A stretch of 64,000 nt of DNA from the IMG/VR virus record IMGVR_UViG_2687453420_000002, positions 1 to 64,000 of that record, one strand, 5' to 3'. The notes beneath the pieces are model-generated. The model saw nothing but the letters and a program-made list of their open reading frames with translations, did no database searches and was not told where the DNA came from. The DNA comes from a virus (lineage: Duplodnaviria; Caudoviricetes). This document shows, piece after piece, positions 41,824-51,981 of the stretch. A program made the translations under genes and the position numbers. Position 1 is the stretch's first letter, and every line of letters begins with the position of its first letter.

Positions 41824-42138
41824 ATAAATACCTCCTTGTATATTGCCATTAAGTCCAGTTTAATTTTTATTTATATCCTGGATCTAATCTTTATTTCTGG
41901 ACCTTATATTTGCAACGCGATATTAAAAACTTAATCTTCTAATATAAAACATATAGGATCACCATGTTTATGTTTAACATCACTAGGGCAAATCAAAGCT
42001 TTCCTATTTACTATTCCTTCATTTATAAATTCAATAGTTTTCTTTTTATATGGACATGTATATCTTCCATTTTTAAGCTCCATATATTTGCAAATGTACT
42101 TTAGCATAAATTCCTCCTTAATATCTTTGAATTGCCAA

Positions 42139-42954
42139 CTAAACCATTCTTTCTTCTGACTTTTTATATATTTGTTTTACTTCTGATTTAGGTATTTTCA
42201 CATAATGTTTTCTAAATAACATTTTTTCTTCTTCATCTTCTGGCTCATAAATATCAAAATTTTTACCTCTGACTTTTTGCTTATGCATAGTGTAAAAATC
42301 ACCTTTATCAGCATAACCTTCTAATGGATTTTCATTTCTATCATCCCAACTATGATCAAATTCAACTATTTCTCCATCATTGAATTCCATATACCATTTA
42401 TGGAGTGTATGTTTAAATTTTCTTATTTCACATTGAATTAAAGAGTTATAGTCCTTAAAATATTCTTCTGTATAGCCATAATACAATCTACAAAGGCTAT
42501 CACAATATCTAATCCACATTTCATTATCACCAAAATTAGGCATCCAATATTCTTCAACATTTGGATTAAACCCTGGAACTTCACCATCAATAGAATATTT
42601 TAAATACATTTTTAAAATATATCTTGATTTATCTGCACAACATGCCGAACCTTCTCTTAATTCACATAAATTTCTTATATGATTTTCTAAGAAACTATAA
42701 TTTACATAAATAAAATTAGGTTTATTTTTATCTTTACAAATAGATGGTTCATGCAATGTACTTGCTAATAGTTTCATACCTTTTTTCAATCTATAATTGA
42801 TAAAGCAATCAAAATATTCAGGATTGTTTATTTTAACCTTACTTTCTTTTGCATGATTAATCGCTTCTCCAAATATATTTATTGTTTCCTCTTCCGATTT
42901 TGCGTTTAATGCATCAAATAAACTTGTAAGGCATTTAGTCATTTCAGTATCCAT
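42139..42954 (-). CDS. Hypothetical protein
   Basis: 271-aa ORF with RBS. Confidence 0.6.
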   Translation of the reverse strand: MDTEMTKCLTSLFDALNAKSEEETINIFGEAINHAKESKVKINNPEYFDCFINYRLKKGMKLLASTLHEPSICKDKNKPNFIYVNYSFLENHIRNLCELREGSACCADKSRYILKMYLKYSIDGEVPGFNPNVEEYWMPNFGDNEMWIRYCDSLCRLYYGYTEEYFKDYNSLIQCEIRKFKHTLHKWYMEFNDGEIVEFDHSWDDRNENPLEGYADKGDFYTMHKQKVRGKNFDIYEPEDEEEKMLFRKHYVKIPKSEVKQIYKKSEERMV

Positions 42955-43009
42955 AATTTCACTCCTTCACATTAATTTCAGCTCCTGCGGCTGCTCTTTG
43001 AATTGTGAC

Positions 43010-43225
43010 TTATTTAGTGATGACAACATCTAATCCAATACTGACAACACTCTTTATTATGTTATTAATGTTTTTATCTATATTATCAACATTCATAGTG
43101 ATTTCGTCTAATACTTCATTATCTTTCAAATTATTTTCTTGCCCTACTGCATTGAATAATTCTTGTGCATCTTTTTTATTTAGTTGTAAACTGCTAAAGT
43201 CTATTAATATTTTCATTTTCTCCAT
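43010..43225 (-). CDS. Hypothetical protein
   Basis: RBS AGGAGG region. Confidence 0.5.
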   Translation of the reverse strand: MEKMKILIDFSSLQLNKKDAQELFNAVGQENNLKDNEVLDEITMNVDNIDKNINNIIKSVVSIGLDVVITK

Positions 43226-43271
43226 CCTCCTAATGCTTTGTACTTATTTCTGAATTACGTCATATTGCAAT

Positions 43272-44078
43272 TTAAACTATAGATAACTGTTCACATTCAG
43301 CTTTATTTTTTATTAGCATTTGCTCTTGCGCTTTTTTATAAAATTCTTTAGATACTTCAAATCCGTAACTACTTCTATTTAGTTCCATACAAGCCCTTAA
43401 TGTACTTCCACTCCCTGCCACGGGGTCTATTACAACATCCCCTTCATCAGTAAAAATTTCTATAAGTTGCTTTAATAAAGCTATTGGTTTTTGTGTAGGA
43501 TGAACTTTTGGATATTCTTTTTTACTATCGCGTTTCCACTCAAACCAATTAAAAATCATTTTCCCTTTTCCTGTTTCTTTTTTACCATTGTTAAACTTAG
43601 GTAATTTATCTCTATATAATACGACTGCATGTTCCGTAGCTCCAACTATTTTCATATTTGCCTTTAATACCTGTGCTGAATAATTTTTAATAAAGAATAA
43701 TGGATAACTGTTTTTAAACCCATGCTTTTTACCATATTCAATAACTGTAGGAATTTGTTCAAAAGAACAAAATACAATCATAGCAGGTGCTTTTCCTCTT
43801 TCTTTTGGCTCTTTTATTAATAATCTGTTACAAAAATGAAAGTATTCAGCTATGTTAAAATTCTCATCTGTATTAAAGAATGTCTTTCCAGCTTTCTTAC
43901 TTTCTCCATTCTTGTTATTTCCTCCTATATACCATTCTGGATTACTTCCATATGCATTCTTTCCTATGTTGTATGGAATATCTGCTATTACTAATTGTGC
44001 TTTTGGAATATTGTATCTTTTATAGTTTTGAAAATTATCATTATATAATTCTGTTTTAATTTTTTTATTATTTTCCAT
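43272..44078 (-). CDS. N4/N6 DNA methyltransferase (beta class)
   Basis: ADIPY, HPTQKP, VIDPVAGSGST. Confidence 0.88.
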   Translation of the reverse strand: MENNKKIKTELYNDNFQNYKRYNIPKAQLVIADIPYNIGKNAYGSNPEWYIGGNNKNGESKKAGKTFFNTDENFNIAEYFHFCNRLLIKEPKERGKAPAMIVFCSFEQIPTVIEYGKKHGFKNSYPLFFIKNYSAQVLKANMKIVGATEHAVVLYRDKLPKFNNGKKETGKGKMIFNWFEWKRDSKKEYPKVHPTQKPIALLKQLIEIFTDEGDVVIDPVAGSGSTLRACMELNRSSYGFEVSKEFYKKAQEQMLIKNKAECEQLSIV

Positions 44079-44337
44079 TGTTCTTGTTCCTCCTCGTCAG
44101 GAGGCACGGCCGTGCTTTTTATCTAGAATTACTCCATTTTATTTTTTAAAATTTAGTTCGTCCAATTTTCATTCTTAGACCTATTTTTGAAATACGGCTA
44201 TTGAATTTTCTAAATCATCTTTGCTTATTTTTGATATATTAATTACTGTCCTATATTTTTGTATATAATTTGTTAAATGACTATATTTATTGAATAAAAA
44301 AGCATCCAGTGCAAACAATATAAAAGGGTGATAAATT

Positions 44338-44490
44338 ATGATAGTATCTTTTAAAAGAAATCTAGGAAATACTGATAGAACAGTAAGAATAATATTAGGT
44401 TCATTGCTTTTAGTAGAAGGAATACTTGGTTACTGAATTATTTTAGATATGCTAGGTTGGTCAACCTATAAATCTGAAAATAAAGGTTAA
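44338..44490 (+). CDS. 50-aa DUF2892/YgaP-like membrane peptide with in-frame TGA (candidate Sec)
   Basis: NLG.TDRTVRIILG...GY*IILDMLGWST; RBS AAAGGGTG; hairpin directly after TGA. Confidence 0.5.
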
Positions 44491-44832
44491 ATAATCGTCC
44501 ATTTCTAGTATTTTTTATTAAGCAATTTTTGTTATCCAAGCACTATCTCTAATGTATTTGTTAGTGTATAACCATGAACACCAATAAATGTAAAACAAAT
44601 TTATTTGCTAACATCACATTATTCAAATTTCAAAGAACATTATCCTTATCTGCATTTTCAAGAGTTACGTCGCTTTAATTTCAAATTATCCCTCCAATAT
44701 TAGTATTTCTATTATTCTTCTCTATCGCTTAAACACTCTTCACAAAACCCAAGATGCTCAAGATAACAATCTTTACAAAGCGTTACCTCGCATATATCAC
44801 AACTAAATTGGTCATACACTGCTAATGTATTA

Positions 44833-45021
44833 TCAATTTCTTTTCCACAATCCCAACAAATCATCTTTATACCTCCAATATTTCAACTTTTCAATTATAT
44901 TTAACTGTTCTTTCATTTCCTTTATTAATTCTTTTACAATATCTTTTTTATTTAATTCAGCATAAGTCTGAATGTTCTCTGCTAATAACTTTAAAGATTC
45001 AAAATCCTCTTTATATAACAT
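44833..45021 (-). CDS. Hypothetical protein
   Basis: ORF with RBS. Confidence 0.45.
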   Translation of the reverse strand: MLYKEDFESLKLLAENIQTYAELNKKDIVKELIKEMKEQLNIIEKLKYWRYKDDLLGLWKRN

Positions 45022-45255
45022 TTATTTACTTCCCTTTCCTGTTTGGAATGTGACTTAATTCAATATTGCTTCTAATTCTTCTTTTAATATTCCCTTTAGC
45101 TCGTCAGATTCCTGTATCATATTTTCAAGTAAAGTTATCTTTTGCAACATATCTCTTTTTTTGTAATATAACTCACATGAATCTTCCTTTAATTCATTTA
45201 TTATCTGTTCAACAATATTCATATATGATATTCACTCCTTCGCCTTAATTTCATA

Positions 45256-45660
45256 TTAATCCCTTACCAACTCTGGGGTTTCATATATATTTCCTTTTAC
45301 TCTTAAGTAGTTGCATTCTCCCCAAAGGCTTTTAGCTCTGCACTCTTCCTCGTTATCTACCCATCATGCACCCTCATGAAAAACTACCACTCCGTCTAAT
45401 GGCTCTTCATTACTAATTAACATGTTTTCAATATGAACTATATCTCCCTCAAAGATTTCTTTTCCATTTCTATCCTTTACACCTGTAGAAAATATAGGCT
45501 TTATATGTTTTGAGTATTCTGTTCCTTCCCATTCAACACAATCATTCTCCTCTGATTCATGGTAAATTAATTGTGAAACCTCTCCATTACAACCAATTGC
45601 AAAGCTTGAAGTATTTTCATACATGATCTTGTTTTTCATGTCCCAAAATTTTATATTCAT
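45256..45660 (-). pseudogene. YopX-family protein with in-frame TGA at 45364-45366
   Basis: IKFWD...TG.KD.NGKEIFEGDIV; frame continues to V.GNIYE.PEL. Confidence 0.75.
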
Positions 45661-45926
45661 ATGCTCCCCTCCATACATTCAATTTTTTCTTGCAACTCTT
45701 TTAATCTATTCATTTTTTCCTCATAAGCTTGAGTTTCTTCTTGGATTTTTTTATTGATAACAGAATTAATACATACTAAAAACTTTTTAGATGGCTGTTT
45801 ACCTTCTTCTATATTCTTAAATGCATTGTGGATCCCTTGCTTTGTATATCCAGTTAACTTTTCAATTTCTACACCCTTTAAACCAATCTCTTTTCTAAAA
45901 TCAGAATAGCTTTTCACTCTCGCCAC
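45657..45926 (-). CDS. Small HTH-like protein
   Basis: TGYTKQGI helix-turn-helix pattern. Confidence 0.5.
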   Translation of the reverse strand: MARVKSYSDFRKEIGLKGVEIEKLTGYTKQGIHNAFKNIEEGKQPSKKFLVCINSVINKKIQEETQAYEEKMNRLKELQEKIECMEGSI

Positions 45927-46013
45927 CTTCTTTTACCCTTTTAATTTATTCTGTAATTTCTTTTTACGTTTTTGTTTATTTTAGTCAATTATTTGTGTCG
46001 TATAAATTTCAAA

Positions 46014-46361
46014 TTACGTATTCTTAAGCTCTACACGCTCCCATGTAAGAAAGCTTCTATACGCTTCAAGTTCTAACCTCAAATTTCTCATAGCTTCTAT
46101 GCATACACTATAGTTAGTTTCTGCTATGTCTCTATTTAATCTTAATTTTGCAATCTCTTCTTTCCCTTTTGCTAAATCATTTATTAGTGTTGCTGGCTGT
46201 TTCTCTAACTGTCTTAATCTTAAAATTTCTTTTCTAAGAGCTACTTTATAGTCATACTCTGCTGCAGCTTTCTTTACTCCTAGAGTTTTTAATTCTGTAT
46301 TACCTCTAGTTAATGCTTGCTGACATACTCCTATCTTTTTCATTATTTCAACTGGTGTCAT
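46014..46361 (-). CDS. Hypothetical coiled-coil phage protein
   Basis: ORF with RBS. Confidence 0.55.
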   Translation of the reverse strand: MTPVEIMKKIGVCQQALTRGNTELKTLGVKKAAAEYDYKVALRKEILRLRQLEKQPATLINDLAKGKEEIAKLRLNRDIAETNYSVCIEAMRNLRLELEAYRSFLTWERVELKNT

Positions 46362-46385
46362 ATTATCCTCCTTATAATCAATGTG

Positions 46386-46787
46386 CTAAACTTCTTCTAA
46401 AACAAGCTCTACTCTTGATTCTTCTCCATACCATTTTTCAATCCAGCAATCTACTATTTGTTTATCATCATCATAAGCAATAGCATTTAAGCTATCTAAG
46501 ATTATTTTGGCTATATTATCCACATCAGGCTTCTTAGTAGGTCTTATATTACCTTTTATCATTTCTTCTCTTTTCTTCTTACTAATACTTTTAGGTATTG
46601 AATAAAAAACTTTCATATCTGCTCTTATTGGGCCTTCTAATCTTTTTTTATCCTTAGTTAATAGATAACATTCCTTTACCCAATTCTCATACTCTATTGT
46701 CTTTTTAGGTGTATATGCTACACCAGTTTTAGTACTCATTCTTGGTCTAGCTTTACCTTTTGGTTCTCCTGGTATAATTATTTTCAA
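46386..46787 (-). CDS. rusA: RusA-family Holliday junction resolvase
   Basis: P.GKARPR, KPDVDN..K.ILD.LN...Y.DD.QI. Confidence 0.88.
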   Translation of the reverse strand: MKIIIPGEPKGKARPRMSTKTGVAYTPKKTIEYENWVKECYLLTKDKKRLEGPIRADMKVFYSIPKSISKKKREEMIKGNIRPTKKPDVDNIAKIILDSLNAIAYDDDKQIVDCWIEKWYGEESRVELVLEEV

Positions 46788-46851
46788 TCTGCTTCCTCCT
46801 TTATTTATGAGACAAGCAGTAATTTATAATTTTACTGCCTGTCCATGTTTG

Positions 46852-47565
46852 CTAAGATATTATATTAATGTTTTGTATTCCTTTTAATTCTTCTTGTAGG
46901 TATGCTTTTATACTTTGCATTGCTTGATTTCTCCAAGCCCCGCCATCAGCTTCATATAATGCTGCTTTAGGTCCTTGTTGCATTCTGAATATAAACTTAC
47001 TTAAAGGTTGTTCAATTTCTGGGAATGTTCTATATGGTGCTAATGTTACTGGATTAGGCACTACCGCTTGTCCTACACTTGCTACACCAGTTTTAATTGT
47101 TACTGCTTGAGATACACCATCATCACCTGTGCTTTTTACTGCTTCATCTTTTATTAAACCTGTATATTTTAATAGGACCTCTTTATCTCCTATATCTACA
47201 AATGAACTTTGAAGCATAATGTTGAATTCTTCTGTGCCTATGAATCTGTCATAATAAATATTATTTGGCAAAATAGCCTCTGCTCTTATATACTCTTCAC
47301 GTTCTCCATCTGGATTTAAAGGACTATATAATCTAACTTCATCATATGATTTAACTTGAACTAATAACTGCTCTGGCAATATATCAATATTGGCCTTTAT
47401 ATAATCTACTAATCCTGTAAGTGTTGATACTGTTAATGTGTCTGCTAATGGTCCTGTAACTCTACTAAGTCCTTTGGTTGAAAAAGTTCCTTGATCCAAC
47501 TCAATAATTGGGTTCTTTTCCTCTCCTAAATTTACTAAGTATTCTAAAGCTTCTTTATTTATCAT
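46852..47565 (-). CDS. Conserved phage protein
   Basis: DDGVSQ, LAPYRTFPE.EQP.S.F.FR, EADGGAW. Confidence 0.65.
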   Translation of the reverse strand: MINKEALEYLVNLGEEKNPIIELDQGTFSTKGLSRVTGPLADTLTVSTLTGLVDYIKANIDILPEQLLVQVKSYDEVRLYSPLNPDGEREEYIRAEAILPNNIYYDRFIGTEEFNIMLQSSFVDIGDKEVLLKYTGLIKDEAVKSTGDDGVSQAVTIKTGVASVGQAVVPNPVTLAPYRTFPEIEQPLSKFIFRMQQGPKAALYEADGGAWRNQAMQSIKAYLQEELKGIQNINIIS

Positions 47566-47591
47566 TTTTCATTCCTCCAATTTTATTTTTA

Positions 47592-47984
47592 TTATTTTAC
47601 TAATTTGATGCCTTTAAGATCTACTTCTTTTTCCTCAGCAGTAGTTACTACTTCGCCAGTTTCTTCGTCAACTCTCATAGTGCTTTGTCCTGGAATTTGC
47701 TTCTTATATTCACTGGCAAGTATTCCACCTTTTCCATCTGTACCAATTACAATCTTAGCTGCAAGTGGTTTCGTTGGAGCTAATTTAGGTTTTGCTACTA
47801 TTGATACTTCTGTTAATTCTCTGTCCTCTCCACTAGCAAATGTCATATCTACAGTTAACTTTCTTTTTGTTTTATAATCTGTGTTTGGATCCGCAATGTT
47901 TTCTAATACCTCCTTTAAAGCCATATTGATTTTTTCTGCCAATGCTCCATCAGCGAAGGTTTCTAGATTAATCATCTTTTCCAT
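47592..47984 (-). CDS. Conserved phage protein (partner of 46852)
   Basis: GAL.E......V..NI.DPNT....RK.T. Confidence 0.65.
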   Translation of the reverse strand: MEKMINLETFADGALAEKINMALKEVLENIADPNTDYKTKRKLTVDMTFASGEDRELTEVSIVAKPKLAPTKPLAAKIVIGTDGKGGILASEYKKQIPGQSTMRVDEETGEVVTTAEEKEVDLKGIKLVK

Positions 47985-48077
47985 AATATTGTTCTCCCTT
48001 CAGTATTAGTGTTTTATTATACTCATACACTATAGGTATAGAAATGCCTAGAATAAGCCTATGCCTACAGCATTTAG

Positions 48078-48275
48078 TTAACTAATCATCTTCTTTTCTT
48101 TCCAATTTTTTAATATATCTATGGGTTCATTATCCTTCTTAGGATATTGTTGAAGGATTGCGGTTGCCATTCTACTTCCTAAATGTCTCTTAAAATATTT
48201 CATATGGTCTACAAAATCTTTCATAGTATAAGTTACTTTACTGCCATCTTTACAAGTTATTATTAATTTTTTCAA
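48078..48275 (-). CDS. Hypothetical protein
   Basis: ORF with RBS GGAGGG. Confidence 0.45.
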   Translation of the reverse strand: MKKLIITCKDGSKVTYTMKDFVDHMKYFKRHLGSRMATAILQQYPKKDNEPIDILKNWKEKKMIS

Positions 48276-48302
48276 TTACATCCCTCCATTCCACTTTCTA
48301 AT

Positions 48303-48683
48303 CTAAAATGCTTTACCATGCTTATATGGTCTATTTCTATTCTTCTTCATTTTCTTTTTAATCTCTTTTTCTATGTCAACTGTATCTCCTAATGCAGTAT
48401 CAGATGTTCTTAAAATTATATCTGCAAGCTCTTCAGCATAATTTTCTTTATCATCTTTTCTTAATGCATTAACTGCTTCCGATACTTCACTCACTATAAG
48501 CATTAATCTTTGACACATAAAGGCTCTTTTTACAGCTTTAATTTCCTCATCTTCAAATTCTTTTACACACATTTTAGTTAGTATATTCTTCTCTTCTTCC
48601 CAAAACCCATGATCTATTGCATTCTTATGTGCATCCTTTACCATTTCTTTAATATCCATATTTACATAATCTTTAATGCTCAT
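48303..48683 (-). CDS. MazG-like nucleotide pyrophosphohydrolase
   Basis: LIVSEVSEA..EELADIILR..D; N..RPYKHGK. Confidence 0.8.
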   Translation of the reverse strand: MSIKDYVNMDIKEMVKDAHKNAIDHGFWEEEKNILTKMCVKEFEDEEIKAVKRAFMCQRLMLIVSEVSEAVNALRKDDKENYAEELADIILRTSDTALGDTVDIEKEIKKKMKKNRNRPYKHGKAF

Positions 48684-48924
48684 TATTTACCTAACTCCTT
48701 TAAACAAATCTTACAAATATTTTTCCCTTTGAAGTTTATAACCTCTTTAGCTTCTCCGCAGAATATGCAGCATGGCTCGTACTTCTTTAAAATTATTTGT
48801 TCTCCTTCTGTGTAAATTTCTAATGGTGTTTCATTGTCTTTAATGTTTAAAGCCTTTCTAAGCTCCTTGGTAAAACTATTCTTCCTAATGAATCTATCTT
48901 TCTTACTATTCCTGTATTTTTCAT
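48683..48924 (-). pseudogene. abrB: AbrB-family regulator with 1-nt frameshift near 48867
   Basis: MKNTGIVRKIDSLGRIVLP / ELRKALNI..PLEIY.EGE.IILKKY..CIFCG. Confidence 0.85.
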
Positions 48925-48926
48925 AA

Positions 48927-49256
48927 TTACATCTCTCCCTTATTTTTATTTAATTCATATAACATTATTTCTTTTCCTACTGCTCTTAAAGCCTTGTCTA
49001 AATTTTCAGTTATAAAATACTGCTTGGCTACTTCATCTGCCCACATATTAGCTCTTATCTTTAAATTTGATACTTCTTCCTGATACTTGTCCAGCAAATC
49101 CAAGCTCTCTAGTAGCAAATCCTTATAGTCCATACTTTTCTTTACATATTCCTTTAGAATAAATTTTAAAATTGTATTTTCTTCTTTAAGTGTTTCTTTG
49201 TTCTCCATTCCTTTAACTAATACAGTTATCATACTCATCCTCCCAATATTTATCAT
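48927..49256 (-). CDS. Hypothetical protein
   Basis: ORF in operon. Confidence 0.5.
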   Translation of the reverse strand: MINIGRMSMITVLVKGMENKETLKEENTILKFILKEYVKKSMDYKDLLLESLDLLDKYQEEVSNLKIRANMWADEVAKQYFITENLDKALRAVGKEIMLYELNKNKGEM

Positions 49257-49261
49257 AGTAA

Positions 49262-50257
49262 CTACATTACCTCTTTTAATGCTTTAAGTTCTTTTATAAA
49301 ATCATCAATTTCGTTAGCATTTAAGACTAAATTAGTTGTACCAGTAATGTTCTTTATAGAAAAACTATTTTCTTGAACTCTATATTCCATTACCTTGCCT
49401 CTTAAAACTAAAGGCTGTAATATCTTATTTGGTTTTGAAGCTTCTTTTATGCCTTTATTATTTTCTTTATTTGAACTATTTCTAGTTTCAGCAGATTTTA
49501 TATTATTCAATTTATTTTTAATACCATATCTTCTTAAATAACTATTTATGGTGCTTTCTGCTAAACCATATTTTCTACTTATTGCTACTATAGCTTCTTT
49601 CCCGATTCCAAGCATTTTAGCTTCTTTCATAAGCTGTTCCTTAGTTATCTTAGGCTCTTTTGTGAACATCTCATTTTCCCCCTCATATTTATTTTTAATG
49701 GTATTAGGTATCTTTTTGAGAATTCTACTTATATAACTTTGTTTTAACCCTATTTCTTCTCCTATCTGTTTTTGAGTTTTATTATTAAAATAGAACTCTT
49801 TAATAATTTTCTTATCTCTTTCATTTAAATTTTCTATTATTGCAGCTATTTCTTTGCACGTTACATTAAAAATACTTCTATCTTCATAATTTGTTTTATC
49901 TGATATTAGATCTATTAAACTTAAATTTTCATTATCTTGTTTTTGATTCAATATAGGTTTATCTAAACTATCTACATCTAAATGCTTTTCTTCTTTTCTG
50001 TTAAATATTCTTAATTCATTATTTACTACAGCTGCTAAGTATGTCATGAATAAAATATTTTTATCAGCATTATAAGCTGTGAATGCTTTAGTCATACCTA
50101 AAAAAGCTACTTGAAATAAATCTTCTTGTTCGAATTTACGTTTCCATGACTGTATCAACTTATATAAGAATTTTTCAAACTTAAAATAAACTTCTTCTAA
50201 ACTCATTAATTTCAAGCCTTCATCTTTGGTGAGAATTAATTTTTTCTCAGCCACCAT
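49262..50257 (-). CDS. Phage sigma-70 factor of sporulation type, with extra C-terminal domain
   Basis: EDLFQVAFLG..KA...Y...F.TY; TQKQIG..IG..QSYISR. Confidence 0.8.
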   Translation of the reverse strand: MVAEKKLILTKDEGLKLMSLEEVYFKFEKFLYKLIQSWKRKFEQEDLFQVAFLGMTKAFTAYNADKNILFMTYLAAVVNNELRIFNRKEEKHLDVDSLDKPILNQKQDNENLSLIDLISDKTNYEDRSIFNVTCKEIAAIIENLNERDKKIIKEFYFNNKTQKQIGEEIGLKQSYISRILKKIPNTIKNKYEGENEMFTKEPKITKEQLMKEAKMLGIGKEAIVAISRKYGLAESTINSYLRRYGIKNKLNNIKSAETRNSSNKENNKGIKEASKPNKILQPLVLRGKVMEYRVQENSFSIKNITGTTNLVLNANEIDDFIKELKALKEVM

Positions 50258-50269
50258 AAAAATATACTC

Positions 50270-50518
50270 CTATTTATCTGGCATCTGAAATACAAAATCT
50301 CTTGTTTTTCTTTTTCCATTTTGTATTTCATCAAATCGGCTTCCTTGCATAATTCTATCCTCTATCATGTCTAATACTTCTATTGCTCTTTCACCAGAAC
50401 TATATTTTCCTAATTCCTCATATCCACTAAAGACTATATTTTCAGATGCATTGAACATATTTGCATTTATTAATAAATTTTTGTCTTGACTTCTAATCCA
50501 CATTTTACGTTCCCCCAA
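50270..50518 (-). CDS. Hypothetical phage protein
   Basis: MWIRSQ..LG.Y....A.EVLD.I..F.MP. Confidence 0.55.
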   Translation of the reverse strand: MGERKMWIRSQDKNLLINANMFNASENIVFSGYEELGKYSSGERAIEVLDMIEDRIMQGSRFDEIQNGKRKTRDFVFQMPDK

Positions 50519-50667
50519 TTCTTAATTTTCTATTTGTTTTTCTTTAGTTATCAAAAACTCTATTAATCCTTCTTTTACTTCTTCCGCCGATGTTTGTTCT
50601 ATTTCTCTTATATTTATTTCTTTATTGCCTTTCAAAGTTTCATATATTCCCCATCTATTCAAACTAA

Positions 50668-51981
50668 TCACCTCTTAAACATCTCTGTTATAAGTTGATA
50701 TTCTTCTTTATAAATAAACTTCAATGCTCCTGTTTTACCATTTCTTTGTTTAGCTATATTCACTTCTAATATTCCTTTATCCTCACTTTCCACATCATAA
50801 TATTCATCTCTATAAAGAAACATTATAGTATCAGCATCCTGTTCTATTGCCCCTGATTCCCTAAGGTCTGAAAGCATTGGTCTTTTATCTGATCTTTGTT
50901 CTACTGCTCTTGATAGCTGGCTTAATAATATTACTGTCACATCTAACTCTTTAGCTAAGAATTTTAAATGCATTGTTGTATCTGCTACTTCTAGATCTCT
51001 TCTTTCTTTTTTAGCCATTTTCATAAGTGTTAAATGGTCCACTATTATTACATCTAATCCATATTTTTGTTTTATTTTTTTACTTCTAGCTTTTATATCC
51101 TGTATGGAAAGATTAACTGAACAATCAGTAAACATATTATTTCTTCCAGCTATTTCACCAGTTCTATACCCCAATCTTTTCCATTCATCATCATTTAAGG
51201 AACCTCTATTTAACTTTATTGAATCTATATATGCCTTAGCTGCTAATCTTCTCATTCCTAAAGCTTCTGGTGTCATTTCCATTTCAAATAATGCTACTTT
51301 GTATTCCTCTGCTGCTAATCCATCTGCTACATTTAATGCAAATACTGTTTTACCCATTGATGGTCTACCAGCTATAATATTTAATTCTCCTCTTTTAAGC
51401 CCGTTTATTGCATTGTCTAATAGTTTTAATCCTGTTCTCATTCCTGGTATTTCTCCACCACTTTTATATCTTTCTTGTATTGCTTGAAGTGTACATGTCA
51501 TAAGTTCATCATCTGTATAAATTAATTTATCATTGGTATTTGTTGTTTCTAAAAGCCTATCCTGTGTTTTATTTACTATATCTTGTATTTCTATTTTTTC
51601 ATCATAGGTTTTGTCTATAAGATCCTGTGCCGCTTTAATTAATTTTCTTCTATTTGATTTTTCTTTTATTATTTCTGCATAGTTTGTTATATTTGAGCCT
51701 GATATCCCACTATCTATTAACTTACTTAAATATGTCACTCCACCTATTTTAGTTAGTGTTTCTTCACCTATTTCATTAGAAATTGTTACTATATCTGCTT
51801 TTATATCTCTCATATACAATTTAGTTAGTGCTTTATATATTATTTGATTAGCTGAATTGTAGAAATCCTCTATTTCTAATATGTCTATAACTTCATTTAT
51901 TGCATCTTCATTAACAAATAAGGTCCCGATTAAATCACATTCTACTTGTAATGAAAATGGTAAGGCTTTATTTTCTGTCAT
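50668..51981 (-). CDS. dnaB: Replicative DnaB-like helicase
   Basis: GRPSMGKT, IVDHL, LSQLSR, DLRESGAIEQDAD, KQRNG. Confidence 0.95.
   Translation of the reverse strand: MTENKALPFSLQVECDLIGTLFVNEDAINEVIDILEIEDFYNSANQIIYKALTKLYMRDIKADIVTISNEIGEETLTKIGGVTYLSKLIDSGISGSNITNYAEIIKEKSNRRKLIKAAQDLIDKTYDEKIEIQDIVNKTQDRLLETTNTNDKLIYTDDELMTCTLQAIQERYKSGGEIPGMRTGLKLLDNAINGLKRGELNIIAGRPSMGKTVFALNVADGLAAEEYKVALFEMEMTPEALGMRRLAAKAYIDSIKLNRGSLNDDEWKRLGYRTGEIAGRNNMFTDCSVNLSIQDIKARSKKIKQKYGLDVIIVDHLTLMKMAKKERRDLEVADTTMHLKFLAKELDVTVILLSQLSRAVEQRSDKRPMLSDLRESGAIEQDADTIMFLYRDEYYDVESEDKGILEVNIAKQRNGKTGALKFIYKEEYQLITEMFKR

Noticed and set aside
45364-45366. Sec readthrough in YopX
   Set aside because: TGA is not at a conserved Cys-type position and no convincing SECIS-like hairpin was seen; more likely TGG to TGA
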